From positions 1-61,084 of the forward strand of contig JAOUMD010000003.1 in the NCBI GenBank assembly GCA_029881675.1: 61,084 nt of DNA, given 5' to 3'. This document shows, piece after piece, positions 44,790 to 55,560 of the stretch. The notes beneath the pieces were generated by a model that saw nothing but the letters and a program-made list of their open reading frames with translations, had not been told where the DNA came from and made no database searches. Numbering within the stretch: position 1 is the first letter of the stretch; the number at the start of each line of letters is the position of its first letter. The position numbers and the translations under genes were made by a program. This stretch comes from Minisyncoccota bacterium. GTDB lineage: Bacteria; Patescibacteriota; Microgenomatia; UBA1400; PJMF01.

Positions 44790-45593
44790 TTATTTTAAAT
44801 CTAGTTTAATATCTTTAACCTTATTGTATGCCTTCATATCCATAAAGTCAGTTCTACACGGTGAGACAGATATTTCTCCCTTTTGGAGCGCATGTAGATC
44901 TGTCCCTGGGACAGTATTTACAATATCCATCATTTCACATGGGTAGTGGAATGTTCTGGGTGTTTGTTCTAACTGTATTGGAGCATAGAACTCTTCTACA
45001 TTAGCAATAGGCTTGGTAAAACTTACTTTACTGCCCTTTGTCAAAGGAATATTAATGTTGATTAGGTCAGATCCCCAAAGATTATTTTTTAAGGTCATCT
45101 CAATAATTTTTTTTGCATTCTCCCCTGGATGTTCAATATATCTATCTAAGTTCTCATCTGGTTTATGATCAATTAACCAAAAGTCAGGAGTAACGTCCCA
45201 GCTAATGGCAATGCCTTTTTTTGTTACACCAGTGTTAAGCGCTCTAAAGACCGCAGAAAAAGTCCCAGAAGAAATATTAGCTCCTCCAATGTTTGCTCCT
45301 AAGTTAATACCTGAAATGACATAGTCAAATTCATGACCAAAGTGTTTATATGCAGTTCCCACAGCATCAACTGGAGATCCTGAAACCCAGATACCTGGGA
45401 CACCATCAATGAGTTTTTCTCCCCAAGGTCCACCCTTAAGAGTTAGTCTTCCACCCATGGCACTTTGTTGGGTATCTGTTCCTCCAACAAAGAGTTGGTA
45501 ATCGTCTTTAAGGTAGTGAATAAGCAAACGAGTTCCAATGGATGAGAATCCATCATCACCTGTTAGAAGAATTGTTTTTTTCTTTTTACTCAT
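44790..45593 (-). CDS. surE: 5'/3'-nucleotidase SurE
   Basis: ILLTGDDGFSSIG N-terminus (compare ILLSNDDG) and GINLGAN. Confidence 0.75.
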   Translation of the reverse strand: MSKKKKTILLTGDDGFSSIGTRLLIHYLKDDYQLFVGGTDTQQSAMGGRLTLKGGPWGEKLIDGVPGIWVSGSPVDAVGTAYKHFGHEFDYVISGINLGANIGGANISSGTFSAVFRALNTGVTKKGIAISWDVTPDFWLIDHKPDENLDRYIEHPGENAKKIIEMTLKNNLWGSDLININIPLTKGSKVSFTKPIANVEEFYAPIQLEQTPRTFHYPCEMMDIVNTVPGTDLHALQKGEISVSPCRTDFMDMKAYNKVKDIKLDLK

Positions 45594-45789
45594 ATCAGTT
45601 AAACCTATCCTTTCTATTAATTATAATTTTCTATCGTCATACTTTATCATATCAGTTTATAGACTCTTTTTGTTCATAAATCAAGCTAGTGAGAAATCAT
45701 TTAATTTTACCTCAAAAAATCAGTGCTACAAATATTAGTTAGTGGTATGCTTAAATTAGTCTAGTTAGTTATATAGATAGATATTTTGT

Positions 45790-46245
45790 ATGAAAGAAAA
45801 AAGAATTAGAACGGGGGTAAAAGCTTTGATTGTCCATGAGGGAAAGATTCTCATCATCAAAGAGAATGTAATGAGAGATGGAGAGACTGTTTTGATTCAT
45901 GATTTTCCTGGGGGTGGAATTGACTTTGGAGAGAATTTAGAAATTGCATTGCAAAGAGAAGTGTTTGAAGAAGTTGGTTTGAAAATAATAGTAGAGAAAG
46001 TAGTTGGAGCTTGGGAGTTTGTTATTAATCCGATTCATGATCCAGAAAGTGAGATGCAAATTGTTTGTATTGGATATCAATGTAAAGTAGCAGGTGATTC
46101 TAAAATAGATATGACAAATAATCCTGCTCAGTATGAAGATATTTTTGATTATGCTTGGTTAACGAGAGAAGAGATATTAGAACAAGGTGACAAGATATTA
46201 GTTAACTCAGATATGAGAAAAGCAGTTAGTAATTTAAATATATAA
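45790..46245 (+). CDS. NUDIX hydrolase
   Basis: Nudix box GGGIDFGENLEIALQREVFEEVGL. Confidence 0.85.
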   Translation: MKEKRIRTGVKALIVHEGKILIIKENVMRDGETVLIHDFPGGGIDFGENLEIALQREVFEEVGLKIIVEKVVGAWEFVINPIHDPESEMQIVCIGYQCKVAGDSKIDMTNNPAQYEDIFDYAWLTREEILEQGDKILVNSDMRKAVSNLNI

Positions 46246-46266
46246 TGGTAAGTACAAAGGAATATT

Positions 46267-47520
46267 ATGAAAATAAAATCAATCAGTTCATATGAAATAT
46301 TAGCTTCTGGAGGTTACCCAACCCTTGAAACAAGAGTGGAATTAGAATCGGGTGAAGTAGGTGTAGCTTCTATTCCTTATGGTGTTTCTGCTGGGAGCCA
46401 TGAAGCAACTGTTTTACTTGACGGAGATATGTCTAGATATAATGGTAAAGGAATGCTTAAGGCTATTGCTAATGTAAATGACATCATTGCCCCCGAGATT
46501 ATCGGTATGGAGGGTAATGATCAGGCTGCAATTGATCGTAAGATGATTGAATTGGATGGGACTGAGAACAAAGCAAAGTTAGGCGGAAATGCTATCTTAA
46601 GTGTTTCCTTAGCTGTAGCCAAAGCTATGGCAAACCATAAGAAGGTTGGACTGTATGAGCATGTCAAAGAAGTCTTTGAGATAGACAATAACTTCACTAC
46701 TCTACCCCATCCGATGATGGTGGTAATTGAAGGTGGTAAGCATGCTGATGATACTACTGACCTACAAGAATATTGTATTAGCTCAATTAGTGCAGACAGT
46801 GTCAAAGAAGGTGTCAGACATGTCATCGAAAGTTACCATGCTCTCAAAAAGATCCTCAAGAAAAATAATCTTTCTACCAATGTAGGTAATGAAGGGGCTT
46901 TTGCTCCAAATGGTATTCCAAGTAATGAAGCACCCTTTGAATATATTGTTGAAGCAATTAAAGCAGCGGGTTATACCCCAGGAGAAGATTTGGCTATTTC
47001 AATGGATGCTGCAGCCACTGAGTTTTACAAAGATGGAAAATATGATTTAGCTCTTGAAAATAAACAGTTAACTTCCGATGAGATCATTGCCTACTATGAA
47101 GAATGGTTCAAAAAATATCCTATCGCTACCTTTGAAGATAGTCATGATGAGGATGACTGGGAAGCATGGCCAAAGATGCTAAAACTTTGTGAAAAATATC
47201 ATGTGGAATTAATTGGTGATGATTTAACTGTGACTAATATCAAGAGATTACAAATGGCGATAGATAAAAAAGCTATCTCTTCTATTCTGATTAAGCTTAA
47301 TCAAATTGGTACATTAACTGAGACAGTACAAACCTGTTTACTAGCCAGAGAACATAATATGATGACTGTTTTCTCTCATCGGGGTGGTGGAGAAACCAAT
47401 GATACAGCAATGGTTGATGTTGCTGTAGCAGTCGGAAGTAGCTATATTAAAGTTGGCCCAACAAGAGGTGAAAGAATTAGTAAATATAATCGTTTGATGG
47501 AGATTGAACGAGAATTATAA
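46267..47520 (+). CDS. eno: enolase (canonical-looking paralogue)
   Basis: GVSAGSHEA, GGKHAD, QEYCI, VGNEGAFAPN (general-acid Glu kept), MDAAATEF, FEDSHDEDDW, GDDLTVTN, IKLNQIGT, SHRGGGETND and IKVG. Confidence 0.85.
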   Translation: MKIKSISSYEILASGGYPTLETRVELESGEVGVASIPYGVSAGSHEATVLLDGDMSRYNGKGMLKAIANVNDIIAPEIIGMEGNDQAAIDRKMIELDGTENKAKLGGNAILSVSLAVAKAMANHKKVGLYEHVKEVFEIDNNFTTLPHPMMVVIEGGKHADDTTDLQEYCISSISADSVKEGVRHVIESYHALKKILKKNNLSTNVGNEGAFAPNGIPSNEAPFEYIVEAIKAAGYTPGEDLAISMDAAATEFYKDGKYDLALENKQLTSDEIIAYYEEWFKKYPIATFEDSHDEDDWEAWPKMLKLCEKYHVELIGDDLTVTNIKRLQMAIDKKAISSILIKLNQIGTLTETVQTCLLAREHNMMTVFSHRGGGETNDTAMVDVAVAVGSSYIKVGPTRGERISKYNRLMEIEREL

Positions 47521-47543
47521 ACTAGCTAATAAGGAGTCTTTCT

Positions 47544-47735
47544 ATGAGTGATCCAAAACAGCTTTTGAGAGATCAGAAAAAAAAGGTTGAAGAGGAATTC
47601 CATAGAGTTCATGATGTAACTCAGGATGAGAACTTAGCCAGAGCAAAGGCAAGGCAAGTAAAAGAAGAAATGACTAAGTTAAAGGGTGTCCAAACTGCAA
47701 AGGAAGAAACTGAAAGGAATAGAGATTTTTATTGA
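47544..47735 (+). CDS. small charged hypothetical protein (63 aa)
   Basis: AAGGAG SD 8 nt upstream of the ATG. Lys/Glu-rich and probably helical. Confidence 0.45.
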   Translation: MSDPKQLLRDQKKKVEEEFHRVHDVTQDENLARAKARQVKEEMTKLKGVQTAKEETERNRDFY

Positions 47736-47740
47736 CTCTC

Positions 47741-50689
47741 TTAGCTAAGCTTTAATTCTTCCTTTAGATATTTACCTGTAAAACTCTTTTCTATGAGAGC
47801 TACATTGGCTGGTGTTCCTGTTGCTAGAACTTCTCCACCAAACTCTCCACCTTCTGGTCCTAAGTCAATTAACCAGTCGGAGTTTTTGATAATATCTAAG
47901 TTATGTTCAATCATAATAACGGTGTTATTTTGTTCAACCAATTGATGAAGAATCTCTAGAAGTTTTTGGACATCTTGGAAGTGAAGACCGGTTGTAGGTT
48001 CATCTAAGAGATATACAACATGATCCCTTGTCCTAGTAGAAAGTTCTTTTGCTAGTTTTACTCTTTGAGCTTCTCCTCCACTGAGAGTAGGAGCAGGTTG
48101 ACCAAGTTGAATATATCCAAGTCCAACATCCATAAGAGTTTTAAGTTTTCCTCTAATGGTGCCATTGGTGGCAAAGAAATCATATGCTTCAGAGACGTTC
48201 ATTTTAAGAACATCACTAATGTTTTTCTTTTTGTATGTGACTTGTAGAGTCTCATCGTTGTACCTGGTAGAATTACAAACATCACAGGCAACATAGACAT
48301 CAGGAAGGAATTGCATTTCAATCTTTAATTGTCCATCACCTTGGCAAGCTTCACATCTGCCCCCTTTGACATTGAAACTGAATCTCCCAGCTTTATATCC
48401 TCTTAGTCTGGCTTCTTTGGTATTTTCAAAAAGTTTTCTGACATAGTCAAAGACTTTTGTATATGTGGCTGGATTAGATCTTGGTGTTTTTCCAATCGGG
48501 CTTTGGTCAATTAGGTTTACTCTTTTGACTTTTTCATGGACTTTTATTTCATCAATATGACCAATTTTTTCTTTGATTGAATATCCAATTGTTTTGGCTA
48601 GGTTGTAGTAGAGTGTATCGTGTAAGAGGGTTGATTTACCTGATCCTGAGATTCCAGTAATACAAGTTATTTTACCTAAAGGGAAATTAACATCAATGTT
48701 TTTTAGATTATGGTGGCTTGCTCCTGTAACGCTAATTTGTCCTTTACTGGCAAAAGTAGCTTGGGTAAGCGGCTTACCTGTTATCTCTCTAGTAACATCT
48801 TTTTTCCTTTTGAGGTATTTACCAGTGAGAGACTTTTTATTTTTCATTATTTCTTCTGGAGTACCGTTTGCAACAATTTCACCACCATGGACACCTGCTT
48901 TTGGTCCAAAGTCATAAATATAGTCAGCGTTAAGCATGACATCACGGTCATGTTCAACAACAATGACAGTGTTACCTTTGTCTCTGAGATTTTTAAGTGT
49001 TTCAATGAGTTGGTCATTATCTCTTTGGTGTAGACCAATGGTAGGTTCGTCAAGAATATATAAAACACCGGTTAGACCTGTTCCAATTTGTGAAGCTAAT
49101 CTAATTCTCTGTGCTTCTCCACCAGCCAGAGTTCCAGCTTCTCTATCTAAACTTAGGTAGTTTAGGCCTACTGAGTTAAGGAAGGAAAGTCTTAAAGTTA
49201 TTTCTTTGAGTATAGAGTCACCAATTAACATTTCTTTATTATTTAGAATGTCTTTGTTCCAAACCTTATTTAGCCAACTGATTGTTTTTGTGATTGGAAG
49301 TTTTGTGGTTTGGGCAATGTTTCTGCCATTAATAAGAACATTGAGTGCTTCTTGTTTTAACCTTGCACCTTTACAAGTTGGGCAAGTTTGTTTTTGCATG
49401 AAGTTACTGATTTCTTTTCTAATAAAATCAGAATCAGTTTCAATGTATCTTCGTTCTAGGTTTGTGATAAAACCTTCAAACTTTTGTTTTGTTTCTTTTT
49501 CATTACCATAGCTATCTACCTTAGATACTTGGTAAATCTTTTTTGAGCCATGAAGTAATATTTGTTGTGTTTTGATGTCAAATTCTCTCCAAGGAGTTTT
49601 TCTATAATCATAACCACGATCAATTATTACCGCAGTAACTAGGTCTGACCACCAAGTTCCATTGGATAAGGCACTAGCAAAAGGAATGATAGCTCCTTCA
49701 CTAAGTGTTAGTTCTGAAGCGATAATCTTTTCTTGATTAACTTTTAATCTTGAACCAAGTCCATTACAAGTCTCACAAGCGCCTTGAGGTGAATTAAATG
49801 AGAACATTCTTGGCTCTAACTCATTGATGGAAATACCACAGTGGCTACAAGCTAAGTTTTCACTAAATAATTTGTCTTCGTAATTTTGAGGATTCTCTGG
49901 GAAAGTAAAACTTGAGTCTTCAATAAAGCTGGCCATGACATAGCCATCAGATAATCTAAGAGACTCTTCAATGGTTTGAGAAAGACGACCTTTGAGAGTT
50001 TTTAATTCTTTTTCATCTCTAAGTTGTTTTTTGGAAATACTAAGACGATCAATGACAACACTAATAGTATGATTATTGTTTTTAAGTAAATCTATCCCAA
50101 GTGGGAGTTGATATGTTTGGCCATCAATTCTAACGCGGGCATAACCCTTCTTTTGTAGTGAGGCAAGCAAGCCTTCAAATTCACCTTTTCGATTTCTAAC
50201 AACAGGGCTAAGAATCATAAACCTAGTGACTTCACCATTAGCTTTTTGTTCTAATTCATTAACAATCTGGCTAATGATCTGGTCTACACTTTGTGTAGAG
50301 ACTTCGCGGCCACAGTTAGGACAATGAGGGTGTCCAATTCTGGCATATAAAAGTCTTAAGTAGTCATAAATTTCTGTGATTGTTCCGACAGTAGAACGAG
50401 GATTATTTGAGGTAGTTTTTTGGTCAATCGAAATAGCAGGGCTAAGTCCATCAATTTGATCTACATCAGGTTTTGTCATTAGACCTAAGAATTGTCTAGC
50501 ATAACTAGAAAGAGACTCTACATATCTTCTTTGACCTTCGGCATACAAAGTATCAAAGGCCAAAGAGCTTTTCCCACTACCAGAAAGACCTGTGAAAACT
50601 ACAAGCTTATTCTTTGGAATTTCTACACTAATGTTTTTAAGATTATGTTCTCTTGCTCCTGTGATGGAAATTGTTGACTGTGTACTCAT
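47741..50689 (-). CDS. uvrA: excinuclease ABC subunit A
   Basis: Two ABC ATPase modules ([18 protein letters not shown]), LSGGEAQR x2 and zinc-finger Cys clusters. 982 aa. Confidence 0.95.
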   Translation of the reverse strand: MSTQSTISITGAREHNLKNISVEIPKNKLVVFTGLSGSGKSSLAFDTLYAEGQRRYVESLSSYARQFLGLMTKPDVDQIDGLSPAISIDQKTTSNNPRSTVGTITEIYDYLRLLYARIGHPHCPNCGREVSTQSVDQIISQIVNELEQKANGEVTRFMILSPVVRNRKGEFEGLLASLQKKGYARVRIDGQTYQLPLGIDLLKNNNHTISVVIDRLSISKKQLRDEKELKTLKGRLSQTIEESLRLSDGYVMASFIEDSSFTFPENPQNYEDKLFSENLACSHCGISINELEPRMFSFNSPQGACETCNGLGSRLKVNQEKIIASELTLSEGAIIPFASALSNGTWWSDLVTAVIIDRGYDYRKTPWREFDIKTQQILLHGSKKIYQVSKVDSYGNEKETKQKFEGFITNLERRYIETDSDFIRKEISNFMQKQTCPTCKGARLKQEALNVLINGRNIAQTTKLPITKTISWLNKVWNKDILNNKEMLIGDSILKEITLRLSFLNSVGLNYLSLDREAGTLAGGEAQRIRLASQIGTGLTGVLYILDEPTIGLHQRDNDQLIETLKNLRDKGNTVIVVEHDRDVMLNADYIYDFGPKAGVHGGEIVANGTPEEIMKNKKSLTGKYLKRKKDVTREITGKPLTQATFASKGQISVTGASHHNLKNIDVNFPLGKITCITGISGSGKSTLLHDTLYYNLAKTIGYSIKEKIGHIDEIKVHEKVKRVNLIDQSPIGKTPRSNPATYTKVFDYVRKLFENTKEARLRGYKAGRFSFNVKGGRCEACQGDGQLKIEMQFLPDVYVACDVCNSTRYNDETLQVTYKKKNISDVLKMNVSEAYDFFATNGTIRGKLKTLMDVGLGYIQLGQPAPTLSGGEAQRVKLAKELSTRTRDHVVYLLDEPTTGLHFQDVQKLLEILHQLVEQNNTVIMIEHNLDIIKNSDWLIDLGPEGGEFGGEVLATGTPANVALIEKSFTGKYLKEELKLS

Positions 50690-50781
50690 TTATTCTTGAT
50701 GTTCACGAATTTTTAAAGAATAACCATTATAACCTGTTTTGCCTGGTCTCTCAATGGTCTATGTTGGATAATTGGATTGAA

Positions 50782-52908
50782 TTAAGATTCAATTTCTTTA
50801 ACTTTGTCTCTAATTTGAGCAGCTAGTTCAAAATTAAGATTAGTTGCTGCTATTCTCATTTCTGTTTTTAGTTTTTTGATTAAATCCTTTTTATCAAAAG
50901 GTGTTAAATAATCTACATTTACTTTGAGGAATTCTGGTAAATTACTTTTTTTCTTTTTAATTTCAAAACCCAAGTTGTTGTTCTTCTTTCCTCTGCCTTC
51001 TTTTCTCTCATCACCTTGAGTTTTCTTTATCATTCTTTCTCTGATTGGTTTATCAATTGTAGTTGGAGTGATACCATGAAGTTCATTATATTTTATTTGA
51101 GCTTCTCTTCTTCTTTTTGTTTCATTAATTGCCAAGTCCATTGATTTTGTAATACGATCTGCATACAAAATGGCAATCCCCTTTGAGTGTCTAGCAGCTC
51201 TACCAATGGTTTGGATAAGAGAGGTTCTTGACCTTAAGAAACCTTCTTTATCAGCATCAAGGATAGCGACAAGAGTTACTTCAGGTAAATCTAAACCTTC
51301 TCTAAGTAAGTTAATTCCTACGATGACATCATAAACACCTTTTCTTAAATCAGCTAAGATATCTGATCTTTCCATGGTATCAATATCAGAGTGTAGATAG
51401 GCCACCTTTGGTAATAGTGGTTCTAACTCTTCCTTACTCATTTGTGGAACTAATTTTGCAATTTTTTCTTTGTCATTGAGGTAGTCAGTTAGAGCCTCTG
51501 ACATTTTTTTAGTTAAAGTTGTGACAAGGACTCTTTGACCCATCTTTTTTCTGTCTAATATTTCTACAATTAAGTTCTCAACCTGTCCCTTGGTTGGTCT
51601 TATCTCAACTTCAGGATCAAGCAAACCAGTTGGTCTAACCAGTTGCTCTGTAACTTTTCCTCCAGCCATAGAAATTTCCCATTCATTGGGAGTAGCACTG
51701 ACATAAATAAACTGGTCATTTGCTTCCATGAATTCGTGGAATTGTAATGGTCTGTTATCCAATGCACTAGGTAATCTGAAACCGTAATCAATCAAATTCT
51801 TTTTTCTGGCTTGGTCACCATTGAACATACCTCTAACCTGAGGAACACTCATATGACTTTCATCAACAATGGTTAAAAATCCCCCAGTATTAAATATTTT
51901 TGTGTTTTCTTTAAAGTAGTCAATTAAGGTAAAAGGTGGGTCACCAGGTTTTCTACCATCAAAGTAGCGAGTGTAGTTTTCTATTCCACTAGTAAAACCA
52001 AATTCTCTAATCATCTCTAAGTCATAGTTAACTTTTTGATTTAGTCTGTATGCTTCAATAGGTTTGCCAGCATCTTCTAACTCTTTTACTCTCATGTCCA
52101 AATCTCTTTTGATATTTTCCATAGCCATTGTCTTGGAGACAGGATCAATCATGAAATGTTTGGCTGGATAGATAGTAACAGTCATTGGAATATCACCTTC
52201 ATTATCTTCAATGATAGGAGTTCCTGTTGTTGGATCAACCCAGTTAAGGCTAGTTACTTTATTCTCCAAAGTATCAATTGTGATAGCTCTGTCTTCATAA
52301 GCAGGCCAAATTTGGATGATATCTCCCCTCACCCTATACTTTCCTCTAAGTAAGTCAGAATCTGATCTTTCATACTGTAGATTGCTTAAACCTAATAAAA
52401 GATCATTTCTAGATAGTTGTTCACCTTCAGTGATATTGAGGGTGTAATTACCATATTCCTCAGGAGAACCTAAGTTATAAATACAAGAAACAGAAGCAAT
52501 GATAATGGTGTCTTTTCTGGTTAAAAGATTCATTGTCGCAGAAAGTCTTAACCTATCTATTTCTTCATTGATTGTAGATGCCTTTTCAATATAGGTATCA
52601 CTACTGACGATATATGCCTCAGGTTGGTAATAGTCATAGTATGAGACAAAGTAACTAACGGCATTATCAGGAAAGAACTCTTTGAATTCTTGATAGAGTT
52701 GTGCAGCTAATGTTTTGTTATGAGCAATGATTAAGGTAGGCTTCTGTGTTTTCTCAATAATATTGGCCATGGTAAAGGTCTTACCAGACCCTGTTACACC
52801 AAGGAGTACCTGGTTTTCTTCACCATTAATAACTCCCTTAGAGAGTTCTTTGATTGCTTGTGGTTGATCTCCAGTCGGTTTAAAACTAGAGTTTAACTTA
52901 AATTCCAT
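50782..52908 (-). CDS. uvrB: excinuclease ABC subunit B
   Basis: GVTGSGKTF, DESH, helicase motifs and a C-terminal UVR motif (FELAAQIRDK). Confidence 0.95.
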   Translation of the reverse strand: MEFKLNSSFKPTGDQPQAIKELSKGVINGEENQVLLGVTGSGKTFTMANIIEKTQKPTLIIAHNKTLAAQLYQEFKEFFPDNAVSYFVSYYDYYQPEAYIVSSDTYIEKASTINEEIDRLRLSATMNLLTRKDTIIIASVSCIYNLGSPEEYGNYTLNITEGEQLSRNDLLLGLSNLQYERSDSDLLRGKYRVRGDIIQIWPAYEDRAITIDTLENKVTSLNWVDPTTGTPIIEDNEGDIPMTVTIYPAKHFMIDPVSKTMAMENIKRDLDMRVKELEDAGKPIEAYRLNQKVNYDLEMIREFGFTSGIENYTRYFDGRKPGDPPFTLIDYFKENTKIFNTGGFLTIVDESHMSVPQVRGMFNGDQARKKNLIDYGFRLPSALDNRPLQFHEFMEANDQFIYVSATPNEWEISMAGGKVTEQLVRPTGLLDPEVEIRPTKGQVENLIVEILDRKKMGQRVLVTTLTKKMSEALTDYLNDKEKIAKLVPQMSKEELEPLLPKVAYLHSDIDTMERSDILADLRKGVYDVIVGINLLREGLDLPEVTLVAILDADKEGFLRSRTSLIQTIGRAARHSKGIAILYADRITKSMDLAINETKRRREAQIKYNELHGITPTTIDKPIRERMIKKTQGDERKEGRGKKNNNLGFEIKKKKSNLPEFLKVNVDYLTPFDKKDLIKKLKTEMRIAATNLNFELAAQIRDKVKEIES

Positions 52909-52994
52909 AGTCTATATTTTATCAGGAATAGCTAGATATATTGGGGTGTTTTATTAATTGGGTTATTTGTTAGTAAAAAATGTTGGGGAAATGA

Positions 52995-53025
52995 AAAACC
53001 GCCTCCAATAGATGAAAGCGGTTTT
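52995..53025 (-). terminator. possible terminator downstream of the 69-aa gene
   Basis: AAAACCGC...GCGGTTTT forms an 8-bp stem with a 15-nt loop, flanked by A/T runs. Confidence 0.35.
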
Positions 53026-53097
53026 GTGCGAGGGGGTTCTTATGGTGGCCCCTATTGTAAGGTTAGCACTCATTACCCTGAGTGGGAGGGAGGAAAG

Positions 53098-53307
53098 TTA
53101 TCGGCGACAGTTTGCATGTTCCCATGTTTTATTACGCCAGATAAAATTACCAATGCAATCTCCTTCTCCGATACCACTTTCCCATGGGAAAAGCTCTTTA
53201 TCGTCATCGTGTATCCAACCGAACCATTTATTGTAGGTATAATCAAATAAGCGTTTATGAGCTTGTCCGTGAATACCTTTGCCTGTAGGTTTAGTTGATT
53301 CTGACAT
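53098..53307 (-). CDS. small Trp-rich hypothetical protein (69 aa)
   Basis: AAGGA SD upstream. Has its own consensus promoter and a G+C-richer composition. No recognisable family (..WFGWIHDDDKELFPWESGIGEGDCIGNFIWRNKTWEH..). Confidence 0.5.
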   Translation of the reverse strand: MSESTKPTGKGIHGQAHKRLFDYTYNKWFGWIHDDDKELFPWESGIGEGDCIGNFIWRNKTWEHANCRR

Positions 53308-53373
53308 GATGTTTCATCCTTTATCAGTTAAATTTGAGATTAACAAAAATTTGTCTTGCCTTACAGAAACGTA

Positions 53374-53402
53374 ATTATACACAACACCTATGTAATTGTC
53401 AA
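53374..53402 (-). promoter_or_regulatory. consensus sigma70-type promoter (TTGACA-17-TATAAT on minus strand)
   Basis: Plus-strand TGTCAA at 53397-53402 and ATTATA at 53374-53379, with a 17-nt spacer. Confidence 0.65.
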
Positions 53403-53473
53403 TAGTTATAGGATGATTAAAGTGATGTTATTAAACATTCTTCTTTTTAAATAATATAAGTTACAATAAAACC

Positions 53474-54022
53474 ATGCTTTCAATATCCACAAAAACAGGT
53501 GATCAGGGTAAATCTTCTTTAATTGGTAAGAAGAGATATGATAAGGATAGCTTGGTATTTACTGTACTAGGTGATATTGATGAACTGAATTCTTGGATTG
53601 GGGTAGTTGTTTCTCACTTGAAACTAAGGACTACAAAGCCCCATAAAAAGTTATTAAAACAGCTCTTAGATGTTCAAGAAAAGCTCTTTACTCTCAGCGC
53701 CCAAATAGCCGGATCAGATAAGGTCGAATTAACCTCATCTGATCTCAAAAGGATTGAATCACAGAGCAAAGTAATTCAGCAGTCTTTGTCTGAGAACTGG
53801 CATAGTAAGTTTATATATCCCGGTGGTTCTCCCCTAGCTGCTTGGACTGATTTAGCTAGAGCTGTTTGTCGTCGTGTTGAAAGAAGTGTCGTTACTTATA
53901 GTAAAAGTAATGAGCTCCCTCCATTAGTTTTTAAGTATATTAATCGTCTTTCTGACTACTTATATTTAGTAAGATGTCAGATTAATGACTTGGATGATAT
54001 TAACGAAACTGAGTTTAATTAA
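53474..54022 (+). CDS. PduO-type ATP:cob(I)alamin adenosyltransferase
   Basis: TKTGDQGKSSL N-terminal motif and a helical bundle ending in NRLSDYLY. Confidence 0.8.
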   Translation: MLSISTKTGDQGKSSLIGKKRYDKDSLVFTVLGDIDELNSWIGVVVSHLKLRTTKPHKKLLKQLLDVQEKLFTLSAQIAGSDKVELTSSDLKRIESQSKVIQQSLSENWHSKFIYPGGSPLAAWTDLARAVCRRVERSVVTYSKSNELPPLVFKYINRLSDYLYLVRCQINDLDDINETEFN

Positions 54023-54639
54023 TATTGAAATTTCCTAATTAATCCTACGCATCTACCTTGAATTTTTACGTTGGTGGTAAAAATTGGGCTCATAGTTGAG
54101 TTAGCTGGTTCTAGTCTGACTCTAGTTAATTCTTTGTAATATCTTTTGAGTGTAGCTAATCCGTTATCAAGTAGAGCGACAACAATATCTCCGTTGTTTA
54201 CATCTTGAGTCTCTTCGATAACAACAAAGTCACCATCATCAATGTGGTCTTCAATCATAGATTGACCTTTGACTTGGAGAACATAAGAACGTTTCTTTCC
54301 TGAAATCATTTCTGGTGAAACTTTGAAAGTTGCGTTTTGATCAGCGTGAGTTTCAATTGGTTGTCCTGCAGCAATGTAACCCATGAATGGAAGATCGACA
54401 CTATCTGTCATTCTAAGGAATGTACGGTCAATTAATTCTATACCTCTAACAGCACCTTCATGTTTCTTAATCACTTTTTTTCTTTGAAGGGCTTGGAGAT
54501 GTTCATGGACTGTAGCAAGTGAAGATACTCCAATGCAGTTTGCAATTTCTTTAAGAGTTGGAGAGTAACCATTTTTTTGGATATACTGCGCAATAAAGTC
54601 TACGATTTGGCGTTGTCTTTTATAAAGAGTGATAGGCAT
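54019..54639 (-). CDS. lexA: LexA repressor
   Basis: N-terminal winged helix (GYSPTLKEIANCIGVSSLATVHEHLQAL). Cleavage site AAGQP, and S24 peptidase Ser/Lys (VKGQSM ... LKRY). Confidence 0.9.
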   Translation of the reverse strand: MPITLYKRQRQIVDFIAQYIQKNGYSPTLKEIANCIGVSSLATVHEHLQALQRKKVIKKHEGAVRGIELIDRTFLRMTDSVDLPFMGYIAAGQPIETHADQNATFKVSPEMISGKKRSYVLQVKGQSMIEDHIDDGDFVVIEETQDVNNGDIVVALLDNGLATLKRYYKELTRVRLEPANSTMSPIFTTNVKIQGRCVGLIRKFQY

Positions 54640-54797
54640 GAGTGGTCTTTCTGTAGTTTTTATATGCGTAGGTTACCCGTATTAAACTAAGAATAACCGA
54701 AACTAAACCAAACTGACAATCACATCTTTGAGCATATAAATATATCAAACAACATCGGTGGCGAAGAAAGGGCGTAACACCCGAATAAAACTAGACC

Positions 54798-55445
54798 CTA
54801 ATCTTTTCTAAAACGATTAGAAAATCTAATAAATTTTTCTTTAACTGTCTCTTTAAGGAATTTTTGCTCAATGAATGGGATACCAATTTTGTATAGTCCT
54901 ACGATGGTAATGAGACCTACTGTTGCAATGGCAATTACTTTATCAAACTCATGGAGTAAGAAATTACTGACAGAGTCTCCAAAGAGATATACAAGACCAG
55001 CTAGGAGCATATATCTAGTTCCTCTTCCTGCTAATGAGGTAAGTATAAATTTCATAAAGTTAAGGTCAAAAACACCGGCAGCGATAGTAAATACTTTAAA
55101 GGGAATCGGTGTAAAAGCAGAGATAAAAATAGCTCCAGTGTCATAACGATGGAACATTGTCTGGACTTTATTTGTTTTCTCTTTTGAGAAGAGTTTATTT
55201 AAGATTGGTTGTCCACCCTTTTTACCTATAAAGTATCCGAATGCAGCTCCAAAGACTGAGGCAATAGTAGTAATAACACCATAAAGTAATGCTAGTTCTT
55301 TATTAGCGAGAGCCATTGGGATTAATAGAACTTCTGGAGGGATAATAAAGAATGCTGATTCTGAAAGTGATAGTGAGCTTAATACAATTAATGCATATGG
55401 GCTAGCAACCCAGTTGTTTATAAATTCTGTACTTATTATTGTCAT
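54798..55445 (-). CDS. DedA/VTT-domain membrane protein
   Basis: Typical DedA topology and motifs (FFIIPPEVLLIP..., F..RGTRY). Confidence 0.7.
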   Translation of the reverse strand: MTIISTEFINNWVASPYALIVLSSLSLSESAFFIIPPEVLLIPMALANKELALLYGVITTIASVFGAAFGYFIGKKGGQPILNKLFSKEKTNKVQTMFHRYDTGAIFISAFTPIPFKVFTIAAGVFDLNFMKFILTSLAGRGTRYMLLAGLVYLFGDSVSNFLLHEFDKVIAIATVGLITIVGLYKIGIPFIEQKFLKETVKEKFIRFSNRFRKD

Positions 55446-55560
55446 TTTTTTCTTTCTAGTTTTTAGATCTTTAATTCTAAATTTTATCTATATTGTTTTC
55501 TTTAAGTGTATCAAAAGTTTATCTTTTCGCACACTAGAGTTATATTTTTTAATTAGAATA

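Noticed and set aside
53012-53250. Plus-strand track ORFs 53012..53236 and 53026..53250.
   Set aside because: They are antisense to the 69-aa minus-strand gene, which has a promoter, an SD and a terminator. They begin inside the terminator hairpin and have no SD.
50690-54797. Canonical LexA boxes (Gram-positive Cheo box CGAAC-N4-GTTCG, or E. coli CTGT-N8-ACAG) upstream of uvrA, uvrB and lexA.
   Set aside because: Only isolated half-site-like strings (for example CGTGAAC upstream of uvrA) were found. No palindromic full site is present.
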